Shown: one piece after another, positions 29,429 to 38,672 of the stretch | Position numbering within the stretch: position 1 is the first letter of the stretch | Layout of the letters: the number at the start of each line of letters is the position of its first letter | Source of the DNA: Pyrobaculum sp. | Lineage (GTDB): Archaea; Thermoproteota; Thermoprotei; Thermoproteales; Thermoproteaceae | Assembly (NCBI GenBank): GCA_046293555.1 | Contig: JBKBOT010000006.1 | Location: forward strand, 1-64,000 | Reading direction: 5' to 3' | Length of the DNA stretch: 64,000 nt | The notes under the pieces: generated by a model | Seen by the model: only the letters and a program-made list of their open reading frames with translations | The model's database searches: none | Told to the model about the DNA's origin: nothing | Program-made: the position numbers and the translations under genes

Positions 29429-29926
29429 TTAAACAATTGGGGGCATCACCCTTTTGCGCCAATCGTCCACAATTTCCAACACTATGAGGGTTTCTGTACG
29501 TTGGATATCTGGATTAGAGGCCAGGTATGTAACCAGAAATGTGGAGAGCTGTTTTACGTCTCTAGCCCACACTTTAAACAACACGTCGTATGGCCCCGTG
29601 ATTATATAGGCCTCTTCCACAAAGGGCATGCCGCTCTCGCCGTTACAGTCGGCAAGAACTCTCTCGGCCACTATCTGTTGTAGCGGCTTTGTCTCTGCCG
29701 CAGTTCCCCTCCTCACGCTTACTAACACAAAGGCCAGCAGCCTGTAGCCAAGAGCAAAGGGGTTTACCACAGCCTTGTAGCCCATAATGACGTTATCCCC
29801 CTCTAGCTTCTTTATACGGGCGGCGATAGTGGTCTTAGGCTTCCCCAGCTCTTGGCTCAACTCCTGTAGGGTCTTCTTGCCGTCTATCTGTAACGTCGAC
29901 ACAAGTTTTCTATCTATCTCGTCCAC
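29429..29926 (-). CDS. Lrp/AsnC family transcriptional regulator
   Basis: MDEIDRKL..L..DG HTH, ITGPYD, TETLIVL. Confidence 0.93.
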   Translation of the reverse strand: MDEIDRKLVSTLQIDGKKTLQELSQELGKPKTTIAARIKKLEGDNVIMGYKAVVNPFALGYRLLAFVLVSVRRGTAAETKPLQQIVAERVLADCNGESGMPFVEEAYIITGPYDVLFKVWARDVKQLSTFLVTYLASNPDIQRTETLIVLEIVDDWRKRVMPPIV

Positions 29927-29986
29927 AGCTCTAAGATGTTGTGATATAATTAAAAAAATTTAAATACCGCGGTATTGACGGTTTTG

Positions 29987-30649
29987 ATGGCCGAAAGGCA
30001 GCAAAAAGCCGTGGCGAAACAAGAGAAGGTAGCTATCTCCAAGCGCGACCCCTGGGCCCTAAAGAAGTGGTATAGCGCATATGCGCCTTCATACCTCGGC
30101 GGCGTTTTTCTCGCAGAAATCCCCGCCTCAGACCCCCAGAAGCTTCCAGGACGTACACTTGAGGTGTCGCTATTTGACATAACTAAAGATATCTCCCATC
30201 TTCCCATCAAGCTGAAATTTCAGCTAGCTAGAGTAGAGGGGCAAAAGGTCTACACCAGGTTTAAAGGCCTGGAGATCACTAGAGACTACCTGAGGTCTCT
30301 CGTGAGGAGGGGGACCGGCAAGTTAACTCTTACCACAGAGGTCCACACTAAAGACGGCCACTTGATGCGCATAACGGTGGTGACAGTCACCACCCATAGG
30401 GTGGGCACCGGCCAAAAGTCGGCAATTAGGAAAAAAATGGGGGAGGTGCTGTCAAAAAGGGCGGGGGAGCTAGACTTGGAGCGGTTTCTCAAAGAGGCAC
30501 TAGAGGGGGCGCTGGCCGCAGAGCTCTTTATGGCTGGGAAAAAGATTGCGCCTTTGAGAAAAGTGGAGATAGCTAAGATAAAGATGTTAAAATACCCACC
30601 TGAGGTGGAACAAATTGCGGTGAAAGAAGCCGCTACTGAAGCTGTCTAG
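29987..30649 (+). CDS. rps3ae: 30S ribosomal protein S3Ae (eS1)
   Basis: K.WY...AP, GR..EV.L.D.T, DYLRSLVRR, KI.PLRKVEI.K. Confidence 0.95.
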   Translation: MAERQQKAVAKQEKVAISKRDPWALKKWYSAYAPSYLGGVFLAEIPASDPQKLPGRTLEVSLFDITKDISHLPIKLKFQLARVEGQKVYTRFKGLEITRDYLRSLVRRGTGKLTLTTEVHTKDGHLMRITVVTVTTHRVGTGQKSAIRKKMGEVLSKRAGELDLERFLKEALEGALAAELFMAGKKIAPLRKVEIAKIKMLKYPPEVEQIAVKEAATEAV

Positions 30650-31160
30650 CCCTCTGTATATATCTATACACGGTGCTGTGTTTCTTCCCCTCAATTAACA
30701 TCTCCACAGCCCTCTTGGCAACCTCCACGTTTTCCAGCTTGCCCAATATGGCCACCTGCCTCTCTCCCACAACCATAAAGACCTCCGCCAGGTGTTCTAT
30801 AGTCCGCCTAGCCCGCCCCCCCTCGCCGATAATCCTCCCCTTTATCCGCCTCAAGTGGTTCGGCTTGTCTATATATTCCTTTAGGTCAACTACCGCCAGG
30901 ACGTAATCCTCATTTTCGAGCGTGAGGGCTTGTTCTGGCGTAAAACCTAGAGCCACGGCTCTCGCCATATCTCTAAGCTTTAAGATAGCTGTCACGTCTG
31001 TCTGAGGTCCTGGCGCGATCTTGATGTATAGATTTCCCTCGTCTAGCTCCACCTTGGCTCCCCACCTGTTTGACGCCAGTTGTACAAACGCCCGAGCCGC
31101 CTTAAGCCGCCTGCCATCAATAGGCTCGACGATGGTACCCCTCAGATATTCAGAAGTCAC
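30633..31160 (-). CDS. KH-domain rRNA-processing protein (Dim2/Pno1-like)
   Basis: GF.PE.A..L, RIKGRIIGEGG, LIEGKKH.TVY; GTG 20 nt after a TATA. Confidence 0.9.
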   Translation of the reverse strand: MTSEYLRGTIVEPIDGRRLKAARAFVQLASNRWGAKVELDEGNLYIKIAPGPQTDVTAILKLRDMARAVALGFTPEQALTLENEDYVLAVVDLKEYIDKPNHLRRIKGRIIGEGGRARRTIEHLAEVFMVVGERQVAILGKLENVEVAKRAVEMLIEGKKHSTVYRYIQRARQLQ

Positions 31161-31386
31161 AAGAGGTGAGCTATCTCCCTTTATAATAATTTCCCATCTG
31201 GGTGGCGGGGCTGAAAAGACGTGAGACCTGCTGTTGGGGGGGCCTGGAGACACCCATATGGCCGTCAGGCCCGGCGCCCCACCTTAGAGGCGGCTGTGCC
31301 GCCCTACGGAAAACGTGGAGCTGGAGGTGTGCGGAAAGGCTCTAGAGACAGACGGTAAGGTTATAAACTTCTTTACATCACCTCTA

Positions 31387-32178
31387 GTGAGGCGTTTTAG
31401 GACAGAGAAAGATCACGACTACTTCAGGGTGGTAGATGACGCCATAAATTCCTACACCTGGGCCGCGGTGGTGAAACTCCAGGAGAGGGGGGTTGTCGAC
31501 GACGTGTTGGGACCTGTGGGTCAGGGCAAGGAGGCAAAGCTGATTTTGGCCAAAAGGGGCGGGGACTACGCCGTGTTGAAAATATTTTACCCCACCCCCG
31601 TGAGGTTTGTAAAAAGTAGGCATAGCTACCTACTAGGCGACCCGAGGTTTAGGGGGCTAAAAATTGGCGACCAGCTACATCTAGTAGAGACGTGGTGTAG
31701 AAAGGAGTTTGGCAACCTGGCGAGAGCCCATGCGGCGGGGGTCCAGGTGCCCCAGCCCTTAGGCTTTTATAGAAACGTGCTGGCCATGGAGTTTATAGGC
31801 TCTGGCACCTCCCCGGCGCCTCGGCTCATAGACGTGGGTCTTGAGAACCTAGACGTGGAGGAAGTCTTTCTAGAGGTGGTAAAAAACCTGGAGAAGACGT
31901 ACATACTGGCTGGGCTTGTACATGGAGACTTTAGCCCATTTAACATCCTCTACGACGGCGAGAGGCCGTGGGTTATCGACTGGGGCTCTGCCGTGAGGAG
32001 AGGACACCCAAAAGAGTTGGAGTACCTGAGGAGAGACGTGGAAAATATCTTCAGGTTTTTCCGCAACCCTGTGGACCCCGCGGAGTTTTTCCGACAGCTG
32101 GTAGAGCGGGGCGGGGAGAGAGACGTGGAGGTAGATAAGGAGGGGTGGGTTCTGGTAGGCGGCAGGAGGATCTTGTAG
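31387..32178 (+). CDS. rio1: RIO1-family Ser/Thr kinase
   Basis: GKEA, W..KEF.NL, LVHGDFS.FNIL, IDWG; GTG about 18 nt after GGTTATAAAC. Confidence 0.92.
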   Translation: MRRFRTEKDHDYFRVVDDAINSYTWAAVVKLQERGVVDDVLGPVGQGKEAKLILAKRGGDYAVLKIFYPTPVRFVKSRHSYLLGDPRFRGLKIGDQLHLVETWCRKEFGNLARAHAAGVQVPQPLGFYRNVLAMEFIGSGTSPAPRLIDVGLENLDVEEVFLEVVKNLEKTYILAGLVHGDFSPFNILYDGERPWVIDWGSAVRRGHPKELEYLRRDVENIFRFFRNPVDPAEFFRQLVERGGERDVEVDKEGWVLVGGRRIL

Positions 32179-32180
32179 CT

Positions 32181-32711
32181 TTATAAAGCTAGAGAGCGGC
32201 CCCGCATATATGCCTCCCTGTTTTTTCCATCTAGCCCCGGCGGCGGGGGCAACTCCAGGGCCTTAGAGATAAAGCCCAACATGACTGCGTTTTCGTAAAG
32301 CGGCGATCCTAACTCCATGGCTATCTGGAAGCCAGGCACGAGGTAGTTTCTCACGCCGGAGTTTTTAATAACCTCTACGATCTGCCTTAAGTCAAGCCGC
32401 CCCTCGGGGGGCTGGATGACGCGCATATTTACCACGAGGAGTCCCCCAGGCTTTAGGTATCTATATCCCCTCAAGGCCTCTATGGCCTCCAGGGCGGCGA
32501 CAAGGTCGGCGCCTCCCTCTTCTACCAGCGGGGCGTAGACCTTTGGCCCAAACCTCACATGTACCTCCACCGACCCGCCTCTTTGGCTCATGCCGTGTAT
32601 CTCCGCAATTCTCACATCTAGCCCCTCTGCTAACGCCGCCTCGCCTAGCCATCTGGCTAACGTCGTCACCCCCTGTCCCCCCACCCCTAGCACCACTATG
32701 TCTGTTGCCAT
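32181..32711 (-). CDS. iorB: indolepyruvate:ferredoxin oxidoreductase beta subunit
   Basis: GVGGQG, EIHGMSQRGGSV..HVRFG. Confidence 0.93.
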   Translation of the reverse strand: MATDIVVLGVGGQGVTTLARWLGEAALAEGLDVRIAEIHGMSQRGGSVEVHVRFGPKVYAPLVEEGGADLVAALEAIEALRGYRYLKPGGLLVVNMRVIQPPEGRLDLRQIVEVIKNSGVRNYLVPGFQIAMELGSPLYENAVMLGFISKALELPPPPGLDGKNREAYMRGRSLAL

Positions 32712-34453
32712 ATCTCTAGCCACGTCTCTCTCCTCCCCTCAATGGCGCTTGTGGGGCAGATTTCTGCACACATGCCGCAGCCTACACATAGGGTGGGGTC
32801 AATGTGGGCCTTTTCTCTCCTAGATATGGCGCTACATCTAAGCTGGTTGTAACAAATGCCGCAGTTTGTACATAGCTCGGTCTTGACGTGGTATGTAGGC
32901 GTCTTTACCCCAACCCGCCGGGCTTTCCTCACCGCGGCTAGTACACAAGGCCGTTTGGACACCACCGCGGCCGGCTTGCCGTTTTTTACAATTTCCACAG
33001 CCTTTTTAACCACCTCCACAGATTTCTTTAAGTAGGCTGGATCTATGACGAAAGTAGGTATGCCGAAAGCCTCTGTGATTTTTTCTATAGCCAGATTTTG
33101 GCTTGGGCTAGGCTGCCCCCCCGTCATTGCTGTATATTTGTTATCCATGACTACAATCAGGAGGGGTATAGATCTAGACACCACGTCTACTAGTTGTGGC
33201 AACACTGTATGGAAAAAAGTGGAGTCCCCCACGGTGGCTACGACAAAATGTCCAGAAAGGGCCAGCCCCATGCCGAGACCTACAGATGAGCCCATATGTG
33301 TGACCAAGTCCTGCTGCCCGGTGTGGATTCCCAGCGAGTAGCAGCCAATGTCCCCAGCCCACACGGGCTTCAGCCCCGCGGTGGCTATTTTCAATATGTA
33401 GAAAGTGCCCATGTGTGGACATCCTGGACATAACACAGGCGGCCTGGGGGGAGGCGCCAGCGGGGGCTTAGGCGGCGGCGTCTTTTGGTAGGGGATATCT
33501 AGGGCTTTCGCCAGCCCCTCTGCGGCTTTGCCTACATCTAGCTCCCCCACCTTTGGGAAATAGCCGTCTAGCTTCCCCCTGGTAGACACGCCGAGAGCTC
33601 TCAGCTGGAGTTCTACCACCGGGTCTCCCTCCTCGACTACCACCGCCTTGCGGCCTATATGCTCCAGAGCCCCTCTAGGCACTGGGACAGATATCCCCAG
33701 CTTAACTATCTTGGCGCCTATTTTCAGCCGGCTTAAAGCCTCTTTTACATATATATAAGCCACTCCGGTGGCGACAATTACCACCTCGCCCGCCCCCTCT
33801 ACTGTGAGAAATTCTTTTGACACCTCTTGTATCTGGAGCCATTTTTCCATAAGTTCTCTCTTCCGCTCCCGGGCGTAGGCCGGGAGTAAAACCCACCGGC
33901 TGTTTTTTACAAATCTGCCCCATTTGGGGGGAGAGGGCGGCTCTACCTCCAGGGGGGCCCTCACGTGGCTCACTCTAGTGACACTTCTTAACATCAGGGG
34001 GTGTCTTAACTTCTCGCTTAGCTCTAGCCCCATCTTGGCGTATCTATAGGCCTCGGCGGGGTCTGCGGGCTCCAGCACGGGGATGTAGGCCTGTAGGCCG
34101 TACCACCTGGTGTCTTGTTCGTTTTGTGAAGAATGCATGGCGGGGTCATCTGCCGTGACTACCAAAAAGCCGCCCTCCACGCCGGTATACGCCGCGCTGT
34201 GTAGCGGGTCTGCCGCCACGTTTAGCCCCACGTGTTTCATAGCTACTAACGACCTGGCGCCGGCCAGAGATGCGCCGTAGGCTATCTCAAATGCTGTCTT
34301 CTCGTTGGCAGCCCAGTGGACAGCTCTATCTCTAAACTCCATTAGGGTTTCTAAGATCTCTGTAGATGGCGTGCCGGGGTAGGCTGTGGCTACAGCCAGG
34401 CCGCCAGCCAGGGCGCCATAGGCTATAGCCTCGTTGCCCAGTAGGAGTATCAC
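32696..34453 (-). CDS. iorA: indolepyruvate:ferredoxin oxidoreductase alpha subunit
   Basis: GNEAIA, YPGTPSTE, MKHVGLNVAAD, SSQNEQD, LCPGCPH, GDSTF.H, C-terminal ferredoxin. Confidence 0.95.
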   Translation of the reverse strand: MILLLGNEAIAYGALAGGLAVATAYPGTPSTEILETLMEFRDRAVHWAANEKTAFEIAYGASLAGARSLVAMKHVGLNVAADPLHSAAYTGVEGGFLVVTADDPAMHSSQNEQDTRWYGLQAYIPVLEPADPAEAYRYAKMGLELSEKLRHPLMLRSVTRVSHVRAPLEVEPPSPPKWGRFVKNSRWVLLPAYARERKRELMEKWLQIQEVSKEFLTVEGAGEVVIVATGVAYIYVKEALSRLKIGAKIVKLGISVPVPRGALEHIGRKAVVVEEGDPVVELQLRALGVSTRGKLDGYFPKVGELDVGKAAEGLAKALDIPYQKTPPPKPPLAPPPRPPVLCPGCPHMGTFYILKIATAGLKPVWAGDIGCYSLGIHTGQQDLVTHMGSSVGLGMGLALSGHFVVATVGDSTFFHTVLPQLVDVVSRSIPLLIVVMDNKYTAMTGGQPSPSQNLAIEKITEAFGIPTFVIDPAYLKKSVEVVKKAVEIVKNGKPAAVVSKRPCVLAAVRKARRVGVKTPTYHVKTELCTNCGICYNQLRCSAISRREKAHIDPTLCVGCGMCAEICPTSAIEGRRETWLEIWQQT

Positions 34454-34531
34454 AATAGTTAATGATATATAGTTTATAAAGTTTTCTATAGTAAGGCAAA
34501 TGTTTAAATATCTCTCGAAGTAAATATAAGG

Positions 34532-34801
34532 ATGCGTTTCTGCCCAAGAGATGGGACTTTGATGACTCCACAGAAGAAAAATGGCGCCACTGTACTCAAG
34601 TGCCCCAAATGTGGATATGAGGTAAAACTCACAGAGAAGGTAAAAGAGGCATATAGACAGAAGTCTGGAGTTTCTGAAGAAAAGAAGCGGGGAGTAATGG
34701 TGGCAGAAGAACGCCGGCAGGAATACGACATGGAAGAAATCGAGGAGTTAAGACGCCAGCTTCTTGAAAACCTACAGGAGTCTGAAAGAGAGGGCGACTA
34801 G
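34532..34801 (+). CDS. TFS/RpoM-like protein with only the N-terminal zinc ribbon and an acidic tail
   Basis: MRFCPRDG..M.P......C.KCGY; no C-terminal RSADE ribbon. Confidence 0.85.
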   Translation: MRFCPRDGTLMTPQKKNGATVLKCPKCGYEVKLTEKVKEAYRQKSGVSEEKKRGVMVAEERRQEYDMEEIEELRRQLLENLQESEREGD

Positions 34802-34849
34802 TCAGCCTGGTTTAGGACTTATCACCCGTCAAATGCCGTCTCTCATCAC
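34802..34849 (-). ncRNA. box C/D guide sRNA candidate
   Basis: C GTGATGA - GAGACGGCAT - D' TTGA - C' GTGATAA - GTCCTAAACCAGG - D CTGA. Confidence 0.8.
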
Positions 34850-34882
34850 AGAAATATTTTTAGAGAGAAATAAATAGGTACA

Positions 34883-35344
34883 ATGGACGGATATCTAAAG
34901 GCCAAGCTTATTGGCCTCATCGAGGCTGTTGACCCCAGCGACCAGGTGCTGGGGATTATGTTAATTGGGGCCACGGAGTGGGTGGACAGAGTTGTCCCCA
35001 TCGTGATTGGAGCTGCCGAAACTCTTTCAATAAAGAAGGGGATGGGAAAAGTAAAGTTCCCGCGTCCGTTAAGTCACGACCTCTTCATAGAGGTCATCGA
35101 GGCGTTGGGCGCAATGATTGAGAAGATAACTATTGACGCCATTGTGGACAACACCTTTACGGCTACAGTTTACGTCAAAGATAGGGATGGGAAGATACAC
35201 ACATTTGACTCCAGGCCGAGCGATGCGGTGGCGCTGGCGGTGCGGGTAAATGCGCCTATCTACATAGCGGAAAATTTGGCAAGTCATGCAGAAGATATAC
35301 GTAAATACATCCCCCCACCCAGCGGGAAGGTTACAGAAGAATAA
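34883..35344 (+). CDS. bifunctional nuclease family protein (DUF151)
   Basis: PI.IG..E, RPLSHDL, DSRPSDAVALAVR...PIY. Confidence 0.92.
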   Translation: MDGYLKAKLIGLIEAVDPSDQVLGIMLIGATEWVDRVVPIVIGAAETLSIKKGMGKVKFPRPLSHDLFIEVIEALGAMIEKITIDAIVDNTFTATVYVKDRDGKIHTFDSRPSDAVALAVRVNAPIYIAENLASHAEDIRKYIPPPSGKVTEE

Positions 35345-35564
35345 CTTTCTCAACGATCTGAAACGCCCTAATCAGCTCGTCTAACGTGTTTTTTAAAGTA
35401 AGTACGTCTCTCCAGTCTCTCAACGTATAGCTTACCGCCAGGCGCCAGCGGCCTTCAACACACATGTGTCTTATCTCCATGCCCTCTGGCAGATCTATGT
35501 CGTCTGGCCTCACGGCGTCTATATAGATACAGTCCAGGGGGGTGGCTATCTCACTCTCTATCAT
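35331..35564 (-). CDS. KEOPS complex Pcc1-like subunit
   Basis: A.RPD and L.L.NT.D...R motifs; typical S15-DHH-Pcc1 order. Confidence 0.6.
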   Translation of the reverse strand: MIESEIATPLDCIYIDAVRPDDIDLPEGMEIRHMCVEGRWRLAVSYTLRDWRDVLTLKNTLDELIRAFQIVEKVILL

Positions 35565-36579
35565 AAATTTTCAGAAAATCTCCAAATCTGCCGGGCTCCA
35601 TAAAGACCAACAGATGTGTGGGATACTCCAAGACTTGCCCCACTTCTTCAAAAGCTTCCCTCAGGGCTTTTAGCCTGCCTCTCCGCTCTAAAGGCGGGAT
35701 TACAGCCGCCGAGACCCCCCTGGCCGACTCGTATTTTAACACAAGCCACGGCAGCTTTAAGTAGTGAGCCAGATAGGGGGGCAGCTTGTATATATAAGAC
35801 GGGTTTTGGATGGTGGCAATACGCTCTTTTTTCAACACGGCGTAGAAGGTCTCGGCTAGGTTAGAGACATATTGCTCCACGTCTTTGTTTAAAAAGCCGG
35901 CGAGATCTGCCTCTACCCTCTGGGCGTAGTCGGCAGGATTGAAGTCTGGGGGCAGGGGGCGGATGGCCTTGTCTAACACAGCTGTATGAAAGCCCTCAGT
36001 GGCCACGACGCCGAGAGCCCAGTCTAGGGCCGAAAGGGCGTCTTCCTGCTTGAGTTCAGACAGACGCCCCGTGACGCCGGGGATTATGGGGAGAGTGGAG
36101 AGAGACATGGCCCTCCTTATGGGCAGCCTGTAGAGATGTGGAAAGACTACCGCCAGCCTCTCGTCTCCCCGCATGAGCTCTTTTGGAAATAGACACCTAT
36201 AGTCACAGTGGTCTACACTCCAGGCGTAATGGCCTATATATAACGCCTTCCGCACCTCTTCCAGAGGCGCCAACGTCTGTATGACGAGAGCCGTCAGGTG
36301 GCTAAGAGAGGTGAAATCCACCACATGTCTCTCGCCTTCAACCCCCACCTCTCTCTCTGTGATATAAAAGCCGCCGCATTTAAAGCCAATACACACGCCG
36401 CCGGGCGGCGGCCAGTCCACCACGGAGACTTGTGTGGTTTCTCCAAACACCACGGCGAGGGCGTAGGCGGACATATAGGCATCTACAGACCTTCTGGCGT
36501 ATATGACTAGGGGGTTTTGTTTGAGGTATTCTAAAATCCTGTCGACGTAGTTAATTACGAAGTTTTTAAATGACTCCAC
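35551..36579 (-). CDS. degenerate DHH/RecJ-like protein
   Basis: Position after rps15; S..P..PGVTG motif retained, DHH catalytic motifs lost. Confidence 0.6.
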   Translation of the reverse strand: MESFKNFVINYVDRILEYLKQNPLVIYARRSVDAYMSAYALAVVFGETTQVSVVDWPPPGGVCIGFKCGGFYITEREVGVEGERHVVDFTSLSHLTALVIQTLAPLEEVRKALYIGHYAWSVDHCDYRCLFPKELMRGDERLAVVFPHLYRLPIRRAMSLSTLPIIPGVTGRLSELKQEDALSALDWALGVVATEGFHTAVLDKAIRPLPPDFNPADYAQRVEADLAGFLNKDVEQYVSNLAETFYAVLKKERIATIQNPSYIYKLPPYLAHYLKLPWLVLKYESARGVSAAVIPPLERRGRLKALREAFEEVGQVLEYPTHLLVFMEPGRFGDFLKIYDRE

Positions 36580-36580
36580 G

Positions 36581-37036
36581 TTATGTGGCTAGATGTGACA
36601 ACGCCTGGGGGTCATATCTAAAGTTTTGTGGGAGTTTTCCCTCACGTCTGTAGTATTTCACGAGGCGGTGTATTTTTGACTCTACAAGCAGCAGGCCTCT
36701 ACGTGCCGTAGAGTCCTTGGGGTGTTCCTCAAGGTGTTTTTTTATCCTTAACGCCCGTCTAATTAAGTTAAGTAAGTCTTCAGGCAGTTCGGGGTTAAGC
36801 CTACGTTCCTCAAGTATCTTTGTAATTTTCTTGCCCGTGACGGGCTTTACTAGAGGTATGCCGTATTGATCTCTCAGCAGTATGCCTATCTGCGAGGGGG
36901 AAAAGCCACGTTTTGCAAACTCTACTACCAGCTGCTCTACCTCATCTGGAGTGTATTGTATCCATGTGGGGACAGTGGGGTGTGGAGGCCTCACCGAGCT
37001 AGAACGGCCTTTCTTATGTCGCGACCTGTGTGGCAC
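36581..37036 (-). CDS. rps15: 30S ribosomal protein S15 (uS15)
   Basis: G.S.S.RP, SQIG..LRDQYG, PEDL..L, ESKIHRL.KYY. Confidence 0.97.
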   Translation of the reverse strand: MPHRSRHKKGRSSSVRPPHPTVPTWIQYTPDEVEQLVVEFAKRGFSPSQIGILLRDQYGIPLVKPVTGKKITKILEERRLNPELPEDLLNLIRRALRIKKHLEEHPKDSTARRGLLLVESKIHRLVKYYRREGKLPQNFRYDPQALSHLAT

Positions 37037-37143
37037 GACCCAACATTTTTAAAGTATTTATAAATTTGGCTGTCTCTATGGACGACGCGTGGCCCTGGGG
37101 GCTGCCGCTTGTAGATTTATATAATAAAGACATCATTGGCCTT

Positions 37144-37803
37144 ATGTATGACGTGCCCTTCGTGGCCACTCCAGAGGTGGTAGTCCGGCGGATGTTACAA
37201 CTGGGCCGGGTAAAGCCAGGCGAGGTGCTTTACGACCTGGGGTCTGGCGACGGGAGGATTGTCATAATGGCCGCCAGGGAGTTCCAGGCAACTGCCTTTG
37301 GCGTAGAGATTAGGAAAGATCTATATGAACAGTCTCTCGCACGTATAAAAGACCTGGGTCTCTCCAGCCGGGCAACTATCATAAACGCCAGTTTTTACGA
37401 GGTGGATCTCTCCAACGCAGATATAGTCACCATGTACCTCCTAACTAGCGTAAACGAGAGGTTAAGGCCAAAGCTAGAGAGAGAGTTAAAGCCAGCCGCC
37501 AGGGTGGTGACTCACGACTTTGAGGTCCCCGGCTGGCGGCCTGTCGTCGTGGAAGAAGTCTACGAGGAGTGGAGAAGCCACAAGCTCTATCTCTACAAGA
37601 TCCCCGGCAGGGAGATACCTCTCCCCGGCAAGTCCAAGCCGCTGGAAGACAGGTGGCTTAGCCAAGTGGCGGAGCTAATTGACGGCAGCCGGTCTCTAGA
37701 AGACATAGCCACAAAGTTGGGCACCACGATTAGGAGTGTTAGAGAGGCTGTCGAGAAGTTAAAAGAGCTGGGGGTGGTGGGGGAGGTAAAGACAGTTAGA
37801 TGA
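37144..37803 (+). CDS. SAM-dependent methyltransferase (protein-lysine aKMT-like) with C-terminal HTH
   Basis: VPFV.TP..VV.RML, YDLGSGDGR, MYLL..VN..L.PKL, HDF; ATG 20 nt after TTTATATA. Confidence 0.85.
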   Translation: MYDVPFVATPEVVVRRMLQLGRVKPGEVLYDLGSGDGRIVIMAAREFQATAFGVEIRKDLYEQSLARIKDLGLSSRATIINASFYEVDLSNADIVTMYLLTSVNERLRPKLERELKPAARVVTHDFEVPGWRPVVVEEVYEEWRSHKLYLYKIPGREIPLPGKSKPLEDRWLSQVAELIDGSRSLEDIATKLGTTIRSVREAVEKLKELGVVGEVKTVR

Positions 37804-38672
37804 GAGAGGTAATCGAGCTATATAGAAAGGTGGGCGGCTTTCAGGCGTTGCAGCTTGTCGAGGCGTATGAAGTCCTGAGGGAGGCCCTAGAGAGGGCTGA
37901 GGTACGGTTTTTTTCTTTTACTGGCAACCTGGCGGCCACCGGGCTTAGAGAGATAATTACAGAGGCCATACGACAGAAGTTTTTCAACATTATAGTCACC
38001 ACGGCGGGGGCTTTAGATCACGACATAGCTAAGGCCATGGGCGCCGTATATACGCCGGCCTCTTTCGACCTAGATGACGTAGAGCTGGCAGAAAGGGGGT
38101 TATACAGGCTGGGGAATGTGGCCATCAGGCGGGAGGATTACGGCAGGGTGGAGAGATTTGTGTTACAACAATGCGAGAGGCTTTGGGGCAGGTCGGTGGG
38201 CACCTTTGAGCTAGCTGAGGAGTTCGGTAGAGACATGCCTGAAGACTCCATACTAGGCGCGGCGGCTAGAGCTGGGGTTAAGGTCTTTGTGCCGGGGATT
38301 GTAGACGGGGCTGTGGGCACAGCCCTCTTGACGTGTAACGACGTGGCCCGTCTGAAAAATATGCCTAGAGTCCAGATAGACGTCTTTAGAGATGAGGAAA
38401 AGCTAAGAGAGGTGATCTACGACGGGGGGAAGCTGGCCGCACTGATCGTGGGCGGGGGTATTAGCAAACATCACGTCATCTGGTGGGCCCAGTTCAGGGG
38501 GGGACTTGACTACGCCGTCTATATCACCACCGCCGTGGAGTATGACGGCTCTTTAAGCGGGGCCAGACCTAGAGAGGCTGTGAGCTGGGGTAAGATAAAG
38601 CCCACTGCAAGAACTGTACATATCTACGCAGACGCCACCTTGGTGCTACCCCTTTTGCTTAAAGCGTTGTGA
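37800..38672 (+). CDS. dys: deoxyhypusine synthase
   Basis: SFTGNL..TGLR, RLGN, GGGISKH, DGSLSGARP.EAVSWGKI, DAT. Confidence 0.95.
   Translation: MREVIELYRKVGGFQALQLVEAYEVLREALERAEVRFFSFTGNLAATGLREIITEAIRQKFFNIIVTTAGALDHDIAKAMGAVYTPASFDLDDVELAERGLYRLGNVAIRREDYGRVERFVLQQCERLWGRSVGTFELAEEFGRDMPEDSILGAAARAGVKVFVPGIVDGAVGTALLTCNDVARLKNMPRVQIDVFRDEEKLREVIYDGGKLAALIVGGGISKHHVIWWAQFRGGLDYAVYITTAVEYDGSLSGARPREAVSWGKIKPTARTVHIYADATLVLPLLLKAL

Noticed and set aside
31255-31285. GTCAGGCCCGG resembling SRP RNA helix 8
   Set aside because: It lacks the GNRA loop and AGCAG strand, and the region is too short
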